Position numbers and translations under genes: made by a program. From Klebsormidium nitens (Eukaryota; Plantae; Klebsormidiophyceae), in NCBI GenBank assembly GCA_000708835.1, contig DF237194.1:1-64000 (forward strand): a stretch of DNA of 64,000 bases, in the 5' to 3' direction. This document shows positions 45,401-58,665 of this stretch, in pieces. How positions within the stretch are numbered: the first letter of the stretch is position 1; each line of letters begins with the position of its first letter. The notes below the pieces were generated by a model, which had not been told where the DNA came from, searched no databases, and saw nothing but the letters and a program-made list of their open reading frames with translations.

Positions 45401-48400
45401 CGATGCGGCTCAGCTCCGACATGAGCGACACGTGCTTCGACACGTTGCCCGACTTCTTGCGGAACTCGGGGTAGTTCTCCACGAAGCGCGCCATGTCCTC
45501 TGGCAAATGGTGAGGAAAGGGTTTGCACTCGTAAGTGTTTATGGTGACTTATCTGAATTTTCTTGTAAGGGCTACGGACAAGAAAAAACCTCTCAGGAAA
45601 ACGAGAAGGATTGAGCGGGCCTAGGGGTCCTTCTCCACAAAGCGCGCCATGTCCTCTGCAGCGGATTAACGAAGGGGTTAAGTGGTTGCATTTCCTAAGT
45701 CAATGTGATAATTTCATTGAAATTCCTTGTAAGTGCTACCGACCAGAAAAGGACCTTCAGAACATTGAGAATGATTAAGCAGGTCTCTAAGTCCTTCTTC
45801 ACGAAGTGCGCCATGTCCTCTGCAGTATACAAGCCACCAGTATCAGTTGGAAAATCTGGTAACCAGTCAAATTCCAGTCACCACGCGCAGACTAGCTCTC
45901 AGCCCTCTTGATCTGAGGACAGCCCATAAAAAATGGGTTTCCCAAGAAAATGCTTTGGAGAGTCAGTTTCCGGGCCCCAGAACTGTTCTCAAGATCGACC
46001 GGCATTGAATGCAGAGAACCAAAAGTTCCGTATCGGTCGAAAAAGAGGGGGAAGAAGATAGAAAAGCAAAGGATTGCATGAGGAAGAAGCTTGGCTTCTT
46101 TGAAAGGCGAAAAATAGGCCCTGTCCCCTGAGATCTTCTTGCTCGGCACAGTCGATACTGTCACGAACAGCATCACCTCCAGTGTCAAGGTGCCCGGGTG
46201 CGAAACGAACGTTGGTACAAGCAGGGATAAAATCGTTGAGAAGTACGGCCACTAAGGATGCCCTATTGAGGGGCAACCCTAAAGTAAGCAGGGGAGCAGC
46301 CAAGGAGAACCAGAGCTCAACAAAAGTGTCGAGCTGTTGACGACGAACTCACGCAGGGTTTGCAGGTTCTGGTTGGAGCGCGACTGCGCTTGGAACTCGT
46401 CGACCATCTTCTTGATATTCGCCCCGAGGTCGCCAAAGTTCTCGTACCTGGAAGGAAAGAAGCGTGCAACAATCAGCTTTGAAGCTTCCTTAGAAATAAA
46501 GTTAAATTACGTAGAAGACGGTTTTGTCAGTAGATGGTGCAACTTCCATCCTGATAAAGCTACTCTTACGAGCGTGTCTGCAGAACCATCACAAAGGATG
46601 AGATTCACTTCTTTCTTGCACACTTTTCGAGACCAAAAGCTTCCTGTGAGCAAGTGCCACGTGTCACGCACATGTTGGCCTTGAAGAACGCGTCCTGCTC
46701 TTGTGACAGCACGAGCTGCTGCGCCTCGGTTTTCGCCTTCGCGCCCGTCGGGGGGCCCAAGTCCACCCGGTTGTCCTCCAACCCAATCAGCTCGTGCACC
46801 ATGGCCTGCAAGAAAAAGTGCCCGGTGGAAAGGTCAGGTTGCACGGTTAGTGGGGAGAAGTACCCGGTTAATATGGGAAAAGTACCCGGTTATATGGGAG
46901 AGGTGCCCGGTTGCTCGGGACAAGCGTGGCCGCGGGTGGGCTTTGTCAGGCTTTGGTGGGTAAAAAGCGTGTCCGCTTGGTGAGGAGTGAGAGTGCCCGA
47001 TTATAGGTGAAAGAGATGCCCGTTTGCTCTGGACTAGAATCTTCGCGTGGGGAGGTTGTAATGCTTGGTTATTTGAAGAGCATTGACATGGAGAACCTGC
47101 CCCCGTTGGATTGTCGAAGCTAGGCACAACACTACTGAGGGGGAGGACGTGCAGAAGATTACTGCTTGAAGATAGACTCTACGATATCGCATGTCCTTGT
47201 GCTCGTTCCGGAGACAATACCTCTTTCGCAAACAATCACTGACACGAAACCAGCACCTCGAAACTTCATTCACGAGAGCAGGTTAGCCTGCAATTCTCAT
47301 CTCACGGTCTGGAAGTTGAAAAGCTCACCTGGTATGTCCATTGGTTAAGAAGCGGCGTCACCGGGTCATCTCGTCGGTCCAGCACCAACAGCAACGGCGT
47401 GTTGTCCCCTCGTCGGAAGTCAAACAAACCGCTCTCCTGTTCGTACATCAGCTTCTGCAAGCAAAGGAAGGCGGAGCAAGAGTGCATCGGTCGACGGACT
47501 TTCAGGGGGCCTTAAGCTTTGGTGGCAATCTATAAGGACGAAGCAGATAAATTTTTGGCGACCATGTCTGAGGTAGACCGATAGGTAACAAGCCAGCGAG
47601 CGTATTGCAGGTCCCAGAGGATGTTGTCAGCCTGTTGCTTATGCAGGCTCGTCAAGATCGTTTAAGTATATGCATGTCCCCCCTGTGATATCTTGTGTGA
47701 TCACCGTAAGAAGGACCGTTCTATTCAGCCTGTCTAATGTTTCCGCGCCTTGGATCCAGAACTGACGGTCCTTTTCGCGCCCTGGCTGCAGAAGCGACGG
47801 TCCTTCTCGTGCAGATCTTCAAAAGTCAGTCCAGTAAGGGAAGAGCTGCCCCTCAGCATCAAGAACGGTAGGTCTGAGCAGTTCAAGGAGGGACCTCGTA
47901 GCGCTCCAGCTTCAGCTTCTCTCAACCCTCAGAACGCACAAGCAAATCCAATCGAACCCCTTTAGCGCCCTTTCGAAACCTTCGACAACGGGAAGTACCC
48001 AATTCCACGTTTGATGCCAGCTCATGAGCTTCGACAAGCTCCAAAATCCACCCGACCTAGTTCCGACAGCCCACGGCGCTCCACTCAAGCGCTTGTTTCT
48101 CAAGCAGCACACCATACCTTCCTTCCTAGCCTCGGAATCGTCTCATACGGCATAACCCAAGCAACCTGCGAGCCTCCCTCACCCCAACATCCGACGCTAT
48201 CCTCCGCGCAATCTCCGAACTTCGCTGGTACCGAATCACAGGGCGCTTCTTGAGAGAGAGAAAGACGGAGGCAAGGCCCTCGACGATACGGTCCCCCGCT
48301 CGTTGACTGGCGTGGGGATCCATGACGGAGGGGACCATGCAGAGGTGGTTGGATGGGAGGTTGAGCGTGAAGTGGTACGGGTCGATGGCAAAGTAGTCGC

Positions 48401-50389
48401 CAAAGTACTCCTGTAAGGAAACGTGTATTCTTGACACCGAGAGATGAGTGAGAAGTTGAGGGCTGCAGAGACTCGCCTTGATGCAAAGCGTTCATTGGTG
48501 GTGTACAATGTTCCTCCGACTTCGACGGACTACAACGGCTTTCTCGAAGCAGAGTGCAGTGTCTTTGAATGAAGCTAAATGCCTTTTCATTGAAATCAGT
48601 TGTCCAGAATGTTGAAGATTCAAGCGCTTTTTAGCTGAGGCCTCATATTTCTCTGCAAAGGAGATTTCAAGTGCACGTATTCTGCACAAGAAAGGTTGAC
48701 AAACCAAAAGCAAGGGCAACAATGAAGCTATTCGTCGGGTGGACTTGCCAGAAGACCTCTTCGATGTGAGTAGAAACTCTTGCCCTCGGATCTGCTCTAG
48801 GAGCTTCTAGTAGGTGTGCACACTCTCTATTGGACTGCTGACCTTTACACGCTCCAGATGTGCATTGGAGCTTCCAGATGAACGACAACTCTGATGTTCG
48901 ATCAGATCTGTGCCTGGTCCTCGTTAATTCGGAACAGCTTCTCCTAACCTTGACAACGTCGTCAGAGGGACCCGGCAACTTCGAAGAACTCCCGCTTTGA
49001 AATTGGAAAACTCAGCTCTCTCGTAAATCCCCTTCGAATCTAACTGGAACCAAGCGTGGCGATTAGTGGCTCAGCTCACCTGAACACCACGGACGACTTC
49101 GTGCTCGTCTGCATCGGCCAGGATCTGGATGTACGTGCTCTTCAGAATGTTGGAAAAGACTGCACACCACCAGGAACAATTAAGAGTCAATACATTAGTG
49201 TCTTTCAATTGTGAGCTTGCAAACAACGCGATTGCAAAGGCTCCCTCCTCTGGAATGTTCTCAATGTTTTCAGTGTATCAGGAACACAAGTATGAAGCTT
49301 CTCCCGCGTTATTTATGAGACTATGAGCTGAATATTGTGTGCACATAGCTGCAAAGGGGCACTTTCCTTGCAAAGACAGACCTTGCTTCAAACCGAAGGT
49401 CCCGGGTTGCCGAAACTCACACAGGTGGTATTCCCCATATCGAGGATTCTTAAGGTGGCGCTTTAATTGTGTGATGTTCTCGCCAGTTGGTCGTAGGAAA
49501 CAGACCGCCTTCAAGTGCCCCAGCGACTCTTCTGTTGGAGGGGCATCTACAGGCTCCACCAAGTATACGTCCTTGTGCAGGATGTCAGACTGGCTGAACA
49601 CAACGCTGATGAAACCAAGCTGCAAACAAGAAAGACTCTGGTCAACAATACAGCTTTGTTGGCGACGGAGAATGGCTTCAACGTTGAGTATTGCACAAAG
49701 CACAGAGATCTTGCTGAAAAGGCATAAAACTCTCCTTGATCAGAACTTTGACTGATGTTACACAGAATCCATGCGCACCAGCTCAAAAAAACCAGCTGGA
49801 TGCATTGCGCCCCTTAATATTTGCAGGAACCTTCTATCGGCTTGCAACCAGCAGGGATGTGATGATGCAGCCCGATAGGAGATTGTCGCGATAAACAGGG
49901 AGACCCCATTCGCGACACCAAACTTTTCAGCATGAAAGTTAGGGTGTGAGGCTACTTGATGCAACCACCACCAGGAGAGCATACATACTGATGCTTATGA
50001 GCAGGCAGAGCACCATTGATCAAAGTTTCCACGCAGTGTGCAGCTCATTTGGCGTCACTCCAAAACTCATGGGGCCAGGGCTGGAGCTGTGATTCTCATC
50101 TGCAGATCTTTTTCAGCAACCTGCTCAAGATCTAAGGGTGCTGGCAATCCTGCTGAAAGCTTGGTGTGGAGCCTCAAAACCCTAATTGAAGACCTAGTCG
50201 GTGAGAAGACACAATGGATCCATCTGCTTGTGGTTTGTGAGCCTAACTTAGAGTATCTAAATGAGGATGAATCGAGCAAAGCACAGGATATCGACTCACC
50301 GTCTCTTTGTCCACAATAAGTACTTTCATTCCAGTCAGCTCACTGAGCATTTTCGCGACATAGTCGCGGATAGCCCCAACGAGTACCAT
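42485..50389 (-). CDS. VPS45: Vacuolar protein sorting 45 (Sec1/Munc18 family), 12 exons, ~569 aa
   Basis: Exons 50389-50300, 49619-49421, 49159-49080, 48410-48183, 47454-47329, 46805-46672, 46447-46353, 45499-45318, 44825-44673, 44229-43997, 43032-42901 and 42542-42485 join in phase (1710 nt). Motifs: [95 protein letters not shown]. Confidence 0.96.
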
Positions 50390-51249
50390 TTTGAGCAGCA
50401 GACAAGGCCCTGACCAACCACAATGCAATCAAGATCGCGCTCTTTGGTCTGCCTATCAGGGTCGCGTCGTGAATGAATCAAAGCAAGCAAGGCCAGCGCC
50501 TCAACTTGGAACGCCAATACTTAGACCTATTTCACCAATCGGGTATGCTAAAACTCAATCGAAGGACAAAGCTAAACCCGCGTTCTAGTGCTAGCAGAGA
50601 AGACGCCCTTGAGCCCACCACAGGAAGACATGTGCAGTAGCAATGGCATAGCTGGAGTGAACTGCAGAAGCGACTTGAAAAGACGAGCTGCCGTCACCTC
50701 GCTCAGCTGCAGGTGAAGTCAATCGTAGCCGTCGATCAGAGATTAGAAGACATTGAAGCCGTCCGATTCTGTTGAAGCCAGGGATGCCGTCGCCCTAGTT
50801 GTCATGAGCGCCTACCGGACTTTGCTTCAGCACTTCTTTCGACGGCTGCCATCGTATGGAGTTGATACAATCACAGAAGATGCTTCGCATCGAAGAGCGA
50901 AACAGGTTCCAGCTTCAAACTGTGGAGCAAATGCGAGAAATGCGCAATGCAGACTCGTATCAGTATCTCTGGCGAACGAATGCAGGGCTTGACAGCAGAA
51001 CACACACACACGAGCCCGGTATAAATGGGTCGGCAACGCCAACAGTCCGAAGATATAAGAGTCCGAAGAGAAGTTGAAGCAAGCAAACAACCTTCTATTG
51101 TTCCAAGGTCAATTGCGCCTCTCTGCATTTGCAACTTCCAGCGCGCCATTCTGCTCCTATCTGATCACAGCAGCCATTTCTCCGAATAGTTGCTTATTAG
51201 AAGTCATGGCGTTTTATTGCTGATAAGAGGCCGAGGAGTTTCCCTCAAC

Positions 51250-54200
51250 ATGGCGAGCGAGGAGGTGCAAGAGGAGGTAAAGGGCGTCATCGAGGAGGAT
51301 CATGTCACGTGCGAGAACGGGGCTCCCGAAGAGAAGACCATCACCGACGTGCAGGACAAGGGCGTCGTGGAGGGCGATGACGAGGTCAAGCAGGTGACCA
51401 CCGAAGTCAGCGCTGATGTCACCAAAGAGGTCGACAGCTCGCTGCCGGAGCCCGATTCCTGGGAGGACGTGGAGGCGTTGGAGGAGCGGTTGAAGACCTT
51501 GAGCACTGCCGACCAGATTGCTACGGAGAATGAGAGGAAGGAGGCGAAGTTGCAGGGGGGGGGTGGTGCCTCTGGCAGCGGCGGAGGGCGGTTGTCCCCC
51601 CAGAGAATTGTGGTCGATGGGAGGCAGGGCGCGGTGCCGGGAGAGCAAGTGGACCAAGTGCTGAAGATGGGGCTGACAAACCCTAGGGACCCTGGGGATC
51701 GCCTTGCCAGTAAGACGTGCTTCTTTACTTCTATTGTTTTTGCTGATGCGTGTGATGATGTAGCGAGCCTCAATTGGTATTCGCGAGAGCTAAGTTTCAG
51801 TCGAATTGGGTTTCTGTCTCAATTGTTGCATTTTTACTGCATTGGTTGGAATTTGTTGTCCGCAATTGGATGCATCAATCTGCAACCCACCAGCTTTGAG
51901 CAGATTGTAGTCTTTGAGGCAAGCATTGCCGAGTACATCTCGTTCTTGAAGCTGCTCATTTTCGGAACATAACTCCTCAAATCCTCTTCCTGTGCCATTT
52001 ACCAGAGCTGCAAAGCAGGTACTTTGATTTTATGCTTTACCCGCATGGATCCTTCAGCTGATTGCAACCCAACAAACCACCCGGCGATAGATGATTAGGG
52101 GTTCTGCTTAGGTTGTTACCGAACCTGCTTACAATTAGAATGCACAACAGGTTTCATGGTTGATCACTCCATAAAAAACACTCGGCATCCACCTTCCATT
52201 GTAAATCAATGAAGATAGGGATACTTGGTGCAATGCTACCGCGGCGGCTTGCCCTGATTGACCTTCTGCATCAGTTTGTCAGGGCATCAATCATTGTTCC
52301 TACATGAAGCATTTCACAGCGCTTTGATTTCGATCGCCAAATTGCGAAATGGTTCTCGTGTCTTCTGGTGAAATCTGAAAGACCCATTACAGTTCACTTG
52401 GACGTGGTCCATCGTTGTCTGCTTCCGTTGGTTTTTGCGTCCTGTTTGTTGTTCTTCTCCATGAACCCTTGTCACGTACTGTCCCTCTGTCTGCATTTAG
52501 AAAAGTTGGACCGCCAAACGTGCCCCCACCTTCTCCCTCCATGCAAATCTCATCTTTTTGCAGACTCGTAACAATTGGACACTTGGTCTATGATTGCGGG
52601 TATGAGAAGTCACATTCTCCTTTGGCTTCACACATGATAAACGGATTCCCACAAGATGAAAGTAAAGCCAAAACCCTTGTTCTTCCCTGCAGTTCTGCGG
52701 ATGGACGTCGAAGTTGAGCGTTTCATGCGGACGCCCAATGCGCAGCAGCTCGAACTGGGCCCGCTGCCGTCAAGCTACATGCGCATGGCCGCTCACAAAG
52801 TCGCCCAGCATTACCTCCTCGCCACGTCGAGCCAGATTGACACCGGCCTCGACGGGCAGCCCTTGCACAAAGTGGTCGCGGTCAAGACGCCCGAGTGTCG
52901 CTTCCCATCGTTCCGGTTGTGTGACATACCGGTAAGCGCCCTTCAATCTTTGTACCCATCTTGAACGAGTTGGTCTGCTGTGTCAGCCTTGTTCTATTCT
53001 GAGAGACTCTGGGCGTGTCAGGGATAAGTGCAGCAATGTCCGATGTCTGAGCTGTGAACGGCATCCAAGCAAGGCGCTCAACTTTCTTGTTGAGGCCTTG
53101 ATCTCCCTCTTTGCAGCCGCTTCTGATAGGATGTGGCCTGCGCAGGATGGTCTTCTGCTCTTTTCTTGAAGCCAATGGGGGTTTGATGTGGGCTGTCTTA
53201 GAAAAAGTTGCCGGGATGCTGCTGGGGTCTTGTGACAGCCCACCAAGAAAAAACGGGGTTTCAGGAAAACTTTGGTGTTGATGGCTATCCACAGGTTGTC
53301 TGCCTTTGTTTGTAACCTTTTAACAGGAGTCTGTTGTAAAATTGTCAACGGGCTGCAATGATTCCTACTAGAGCTTTGCGATTGGCCAGCTAAGCTTGCC
53401 CCAAAAACATGTATGCCTTCACTGTGGCGCCCGTTGTGCTCCGTCTTTCTCGCTTTTCAGCGTGAACCCATGTTTTGACTGAGCCACATCTTAGGCAGTT
53501 ACTTCTGTTCTCTGCAGTCTTGACAAGGTAATGGTGTCAAGTGGTTAGCGAGCTTGGTAATGCAATCATTCTTGGGTCAGCAGGAACAGACACCATGTCC
53601 CTGCCACTTCTGATATGTCCAGTCTACAAGTGCATTTGAATTTACTGTGGTGGTAATCAAAAGTTGACTACCACCAATCAAGGTGGTGTTTAAACAGTCG
53701 AGATTTTGACTAGCATTGCAAGACAATCAATCATCAAAGGACTCCGCCTTAATCTGTTTAAACAGGAGCCGGCGCCTGGTCTCCTCGAACGGTGATTCGA
53801 CCTTACCCGATCAGTCTATGAAAATCAGTTGTTTGCTGTGCAGATGGCTCAGCGTAGCCCCCGTGCGCAAGGCCCCGTCAAGCTCGCTATCAAGCCGCGC
53901 AACACCGGGCACCACTCCAACGGCGAGTCGCGCCAGCGCCAGACAGGGCCTCTCAAGTCGGTCGAGGAGCGCAGCGAAGAGTACCAAAAAGCACGCGCCC
54001 GCATCTTCAACCAGGAGAAGGAGGCCGCCGTGCAGAACGGGGGGGTCATGCGCGGGCCAATGGGATCCCCCCACAGCGGACTCGTCGGGTTTGGTCCTGA
54101 CATGGGGGGGCGAAGCATGCCTCCTGTGCAGGGTCCAGTGGAGGGGGGGTATGGAGAGAATTCTGGGCGGGGGGGCGGCAGCAGGGGCAATGGGGAGGGG

Positions 54201-56806
54201 GGAAATGGGAAGAGGGGAAAGGGGCCTGCCATTTTCAGAGACAGGGAGAAGGAGAAGCGCGACCCCGACTTTGACAGGAGCAGGTCAGTGTGCGGGTTAT
54301 GCTTTGCCCTGGGTTACTGTTTTTGCTTGGCGCTTGCGTTACGAGGTGCAGGGTAGGATGTGGGCGTTTGGCTGGCGTCATGTCTTCACTCCAGTTGCTG
54401 CGTCTGCTTATCATTTGGTGTGCTTTTACTCGAAGCAGAACTTGAAGCAGTGTGCTGGTATTTAAGACATGGCGTACTTTCTACCCACTATTGATTCTGC
54501 TCATGGATTTGGGGCCTAATATGTCTGCTGGGCAGTAATTATTGTGCAATGAGTTTCCAATATAACATGCCTGTGCTCCAAGAGCGGGTCTTGATTACGT
54601 ACATGAATTGATCAACACATGCTGGCGGACTTGCAATCACATTGTTCTGCAGATCGGAAATCTTGCTATGGAATAATTTTGATGGGAAGTTGGCTGCATG
54701 GGGCGATTGCTTTTTGACGCTAAAACAAAATGCTAACCCAGCCCACATACACTCTTATCGATCTCTGACTCTACTCTTCTCCCCTCTCTGTCTGTAGCAG
54801 GTTCAATGGCCGGTACGACCCCAACTTCGGTGCCCCGATGATGCCTTACATGCCGATGTTCGTCCCCCCCCAAGCCATGTACACTGCCGAGTTCCCTCCC
54901 CTTGGAGCCCAGTCGGGGATGCAGGGGGGGGGCATGGGCATGGGTGAAATGTCCCCCCAGGGAGGGCAGATGCCGGTGAGCAATCCTGGCCCCCAGTTCG
55001 GTGCATCACATTAATTTCCTTCTTCCGAAGATTTATTGTGGTAGGCCTGAGAGGTTTGTTTGACATGCCACTGAGCCGTTGCTCTGGCCCTCTTTTACAA
55101 CAATTCTGGTTTTTGACACTGCCAATTGACATAGCACTAGGTTCCCGGACCACCGGCGATTCGAAAAGTCAGAAGAACAGCTTCAGATTCTCATCCGGTC
55201 TTATCATGGCATCCAATGGCGGCGGCCATATGTCCTCTTTGACACTCCAAAACCTAAAACCACCATAGTGATTACCTTTGCTTGCGTAGGGTTTGATAGT
55301 GTTTCTGATTTCTGCTTGCATATGGTTCTTTCCCGTACACGGAACTTATCGAACCGACTTTCTTTTCCAGGTTTCGTGGATGCCCGCAATGGTTGGCGGC
55401 CCCGGGGGCGGCCAGCCCTTCGCCTCTCCCGGGAGCCCCATCCAGTTCGCTCCGGGGGTCCAGCATTTCACCCCCCCGGCGGGCCAATTCGTCAACCCCG
55501 TCAGCCCCCAATTTTCACCGGGGGGTCCCCAGGCCTACCTCGGAATGGCGCCGTTCCCCCCCCAGCAGGCAACGTTCACCAGCCCCAACGGCCAACAGTT
55601 CATGACCCCCCAGTTTGCGAACCAGTTCCCGCAGAACCAGGGGATGCCGTTCCGGGGGGGTATGCAGNNNNNNNNNNNNNNNNNNNNNNNNNNNNNNNNN
55701 NNNNNNNNNNNNNNNNNNNNNNNNNNNNNNNNNNNNNNNNNNNNNNNNNNNNNNNNNNNNNNNNNNNNNNNNNNNNNNNNNNNNNNNNNNNNNNNNNNNN
55801 NNNNNNNNNNNNNNNNNNNNNNNNNNNNNNNNNNNNNNNNNNNNNNNNNNNNNNNNNNNNNNNNNNNNNNNNNNNNNNNNNNNNNNNNNNNNNNNNNNNC
55901 GGGGGGGTATGCAGTTCGGCGTGCCTGCCAACGGGCAGCAGTTCAACCCGGCGGGAGGGCAGTTCCGGCCCCCCCAGGCCGGACAGGTTCAGTTTCAGGT
56001 GCAGCCGGGGCAGCCTCAGCAGGGATCCCCCGGAATGAATGCGCAGTTCCAGGGGGGGCCTAGTGGGCAGTTCCAAGGGGGGGGTAACGGGCAGGGATTT
56101 GCGCCCAACGGTGTTCCGATGTTTGCGTCGCAGCCCATGGGGGGCTATGCGATGCCCGGCGGCATGATGTATGTCACACCCGACCAGTTCCAAGCACAGG
56201 TGGGCATCTTGGTTATGACTCCCTGGTGCCGTTTCGTGGTTCTGTGAAAGATCCGACTTGGTTCCACGCACTTTTGAGAACAATTTGCCAGGCTGGTGCG
56301 AGGCTCCATTGGGGTTCCAGTTTTGATGTGGTTGAAAGCATGGCTGACATGAGCGCTTCCTTAACTTTTCTGGCCTGAAATCTCGAACAATGTGTTGTCT
56401 AGGGTTAGTCACCTGTGTTGTCAGCTTACTGCGGGGGAAGAGCCTTGTTGCAAACTTTGCTCGATTGTATCTTCAAAAGCATTCCGGACTCTGCTGTGCC
56501 ATGTATCTCTGTCTTGTCAGGTCGCTCTTTCCGACTTCGACCGTCTCATTGTCGCGTGAGCTATTGTCCACATTCGTGCAACAGCGTAAAGACCCCAAGC
56601 GCAATGAGCGGCGCAGCTCGGGGGGCTTGCCATGTCTTCCCATTCTGAGTTTCAACCAATGGGCGTTGACTTGCACCAAGCAGAAAGTTGAAACCGTATT
56701 GCCTTTCTTCTTGCAGCCTATGGATCAGTACCGGCCCCAGCACCCTCCCCCGCAGCAGCTCTCCCCCCCGCCGCAACAGTCACAGCCTCCGCCACGCAGG
56801 CGCTGA
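51250..56806 (+). CDS. R3H- and SUZ-domain RNA-binding protein with a G/P/Q-rich low-complexity tail, 6 exons
   Basis: Exons 51250-51709, 52693-52931, 53844-54283, 54801-54975, 55371-56199 (contains the N gap) and 56717-56806. R3H: ILRMDVEVERF...SSYMRMAAHKVAQHY. SUZ: KSVEERSEEYQKARARIF. Splice phases are consistent; the gap exon needs closing. Confidence 0.85.
55668..55899. other. Assembly gap (232 N)
   Basis: A run of N lies inside exon 5 of the R3H-SUZ gene. Both flanks carry CGGGGGGGTATGCAG. Confidence 0.98.
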
Positions 56807-58361
56807 CTGGGCCCCGAAACCCAAAACCCCTCCAGCCCCTTCTTGGGGCGCGTAGCTTTTAGGGTTAGGGATAGGCTTAGCAAATGTTCTGATCAGACCC
56901 GGGAGCCTTAGCACGCACGTGAGACGCAGAAAAGCTGGGCGGAACACAGAGGTGATAGAACACGGTAGATATCGTAGGTGGCGGAAAAGGGAGAGGAAAG
57001 CGAGTCGAGGTTTCGGAACTCCTTGCGAGAGATTTGTGAAGTAGATTGAGGATGTGCTCGGCGGCTCATTGCCGCGGCAGGCCGGTCGCTGCGAGCGGGG
57101 TCGCGCTGGTTTCTGTGAAACGAAGAGTTACGGTCAGCGAAAGTGTGCTGTGGCTGTGCCATGCAGCGGGGTGACATCAGCAGTCGATTATGACGTTAGC
57201 TGAGTTGGAGGCGAAATATCCGAGGACGGAAAGTTACTAGCAACTGGACAAGCGTGCTCGGGAGCCGCTTGTTGGCGTGCGGAGACGGGAGTGACGTCAG
57301 ATGTGAGTTGGGTTTGGAAACATGGCGACCGGGAACCTAATTTCGGAGAACCGGACCTGGGGAGTGCGGCTGGCTGTGCTGTGCGCCGGGGTGACGTCAG
57401 CACAGTGCTGCTGCGCCGCCGGCAAAAGTTGGGAGGTTGCGCTTGAAAGAAAAACCGGGGGAAGCGGCGAGGTGACGTGGGAGACGTTGCGGCCCACTCT
57501 TCTGGTGAGGGGGAGATGCACGGCGGTGGCTTGGAATGGCAATTGAGTGGGCGGGCTGTCAGCTGTGGGGTCGATCGGGTAATGCGAGGAGCGGCACAAT
57601 GGAAAGGTCGTAACTTGACGCGTCTAGTGGGCGATTTGGCGCATGGGTCTCAGGTGCAACCGGGGGCGGCAGGCAACTGACGGCGTTCAACTGGGCTTCG
57701 TGCGCAAGGCTTCGGAGAAAGTGCGTCTGTCCTCGCCGGAGGGGGGGCTCTCCGGCTGTGCCCCCTGCGGAGGGTAATCACAGGCTGCGCCTTGATGTGT
57801 GCCGGGGGGGGGTGGTTGTGGCCATGGCTCGCGGCAGCAAAAAGGGGCTGGCAAAAGGGGGTCCCGTGTTCTGCATTTTGAACGCTCTTGCAACGGCGCC
57901 GTGCCTGATCAAATGTGTCGGAGGGGGAAAGCTGGCTGCCGGGGGACCACTGTCGGGGTGGAGGGGGAAGCGAGTATCTCTCCAGGGGGGCTGCCCACCA
58001 GGCTCAGTTGACTGGACACATGCCCCTCCGGCTGGAAGCCGGCGTCAATGGTCTCTGACCATTAGCAAAGTGGAGGGGTCGGTCACAGCGCGGGTGGCTA
58101 TGCACTTGCAAGGAGTGCACGGCTCTGCGCTGCTGAGAGAGGCTCGGCTTCCCCGTCCAGCAGGGCGGTGGGCAGTGTACGACATTTGCGGGGTTGTACG
58201 AGCCTTAATGGATGACGTAATGGCACGGTGCCTTACTTCCGCTGTGTGTGAGGAACCTGTTTCCGCCGTCGGAATGTGGCGGGGCGAATCGAGAAGGCGA
58301 GGGGGCCGTGGGCAGTAAATTCAGAAGCCGTTATGTCCGGTGGGGCCAGAAGGGGCGGAAG

Positions 58362-58665
58362 CGGACGGTCCAAAACGGAACCGAACAGTATCGGACTAAA
58401 TGGGCTGCTGCCGGAGATCGGACGGGCTAGCCTGGAAGGACGTTGCTGTAAGGAGCGCAAGGGGGGTGGCCGGGATGGCCAAAGCTCCGACAGGGTCTCG
58501 TTTCAGACGGACGGTCCAAAACGTCGGACAGTGTCGGACTGAGTGGGCCGCTGCCAGAGATCGGACGGGCTAGGCGGGAAATGTTGGTGCTGTGTAAAGC
58601 GCAAGGGGGTCGGCCGGGGATGCCGGAGCCGGCTAGAGCTCCGACGGTTTCGTTTCGGACGGTCT
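58362..58665. repeat. ~146-bp imperfect tandem repeat in a GC-rich intergenic region
   Basis: CGGACGGTCCAAAACG...GGGC.GCTGCC.GAGATCGGACGGGCTAG starts at 58362 and again at 58508. GCGCAAGGGGG..GGCCGGG...AGCTCCGAC.G.T.TCGTTTC.GACGG also recurs at ~58455 and ~58599. Confidence 0.75.

Noticed and set aside
55268-56412. Long ORFs spanning the N run
   Set aside because: Their length is an artefact of Ns translating as X; only the R3H-SUZ exon frame is supported.
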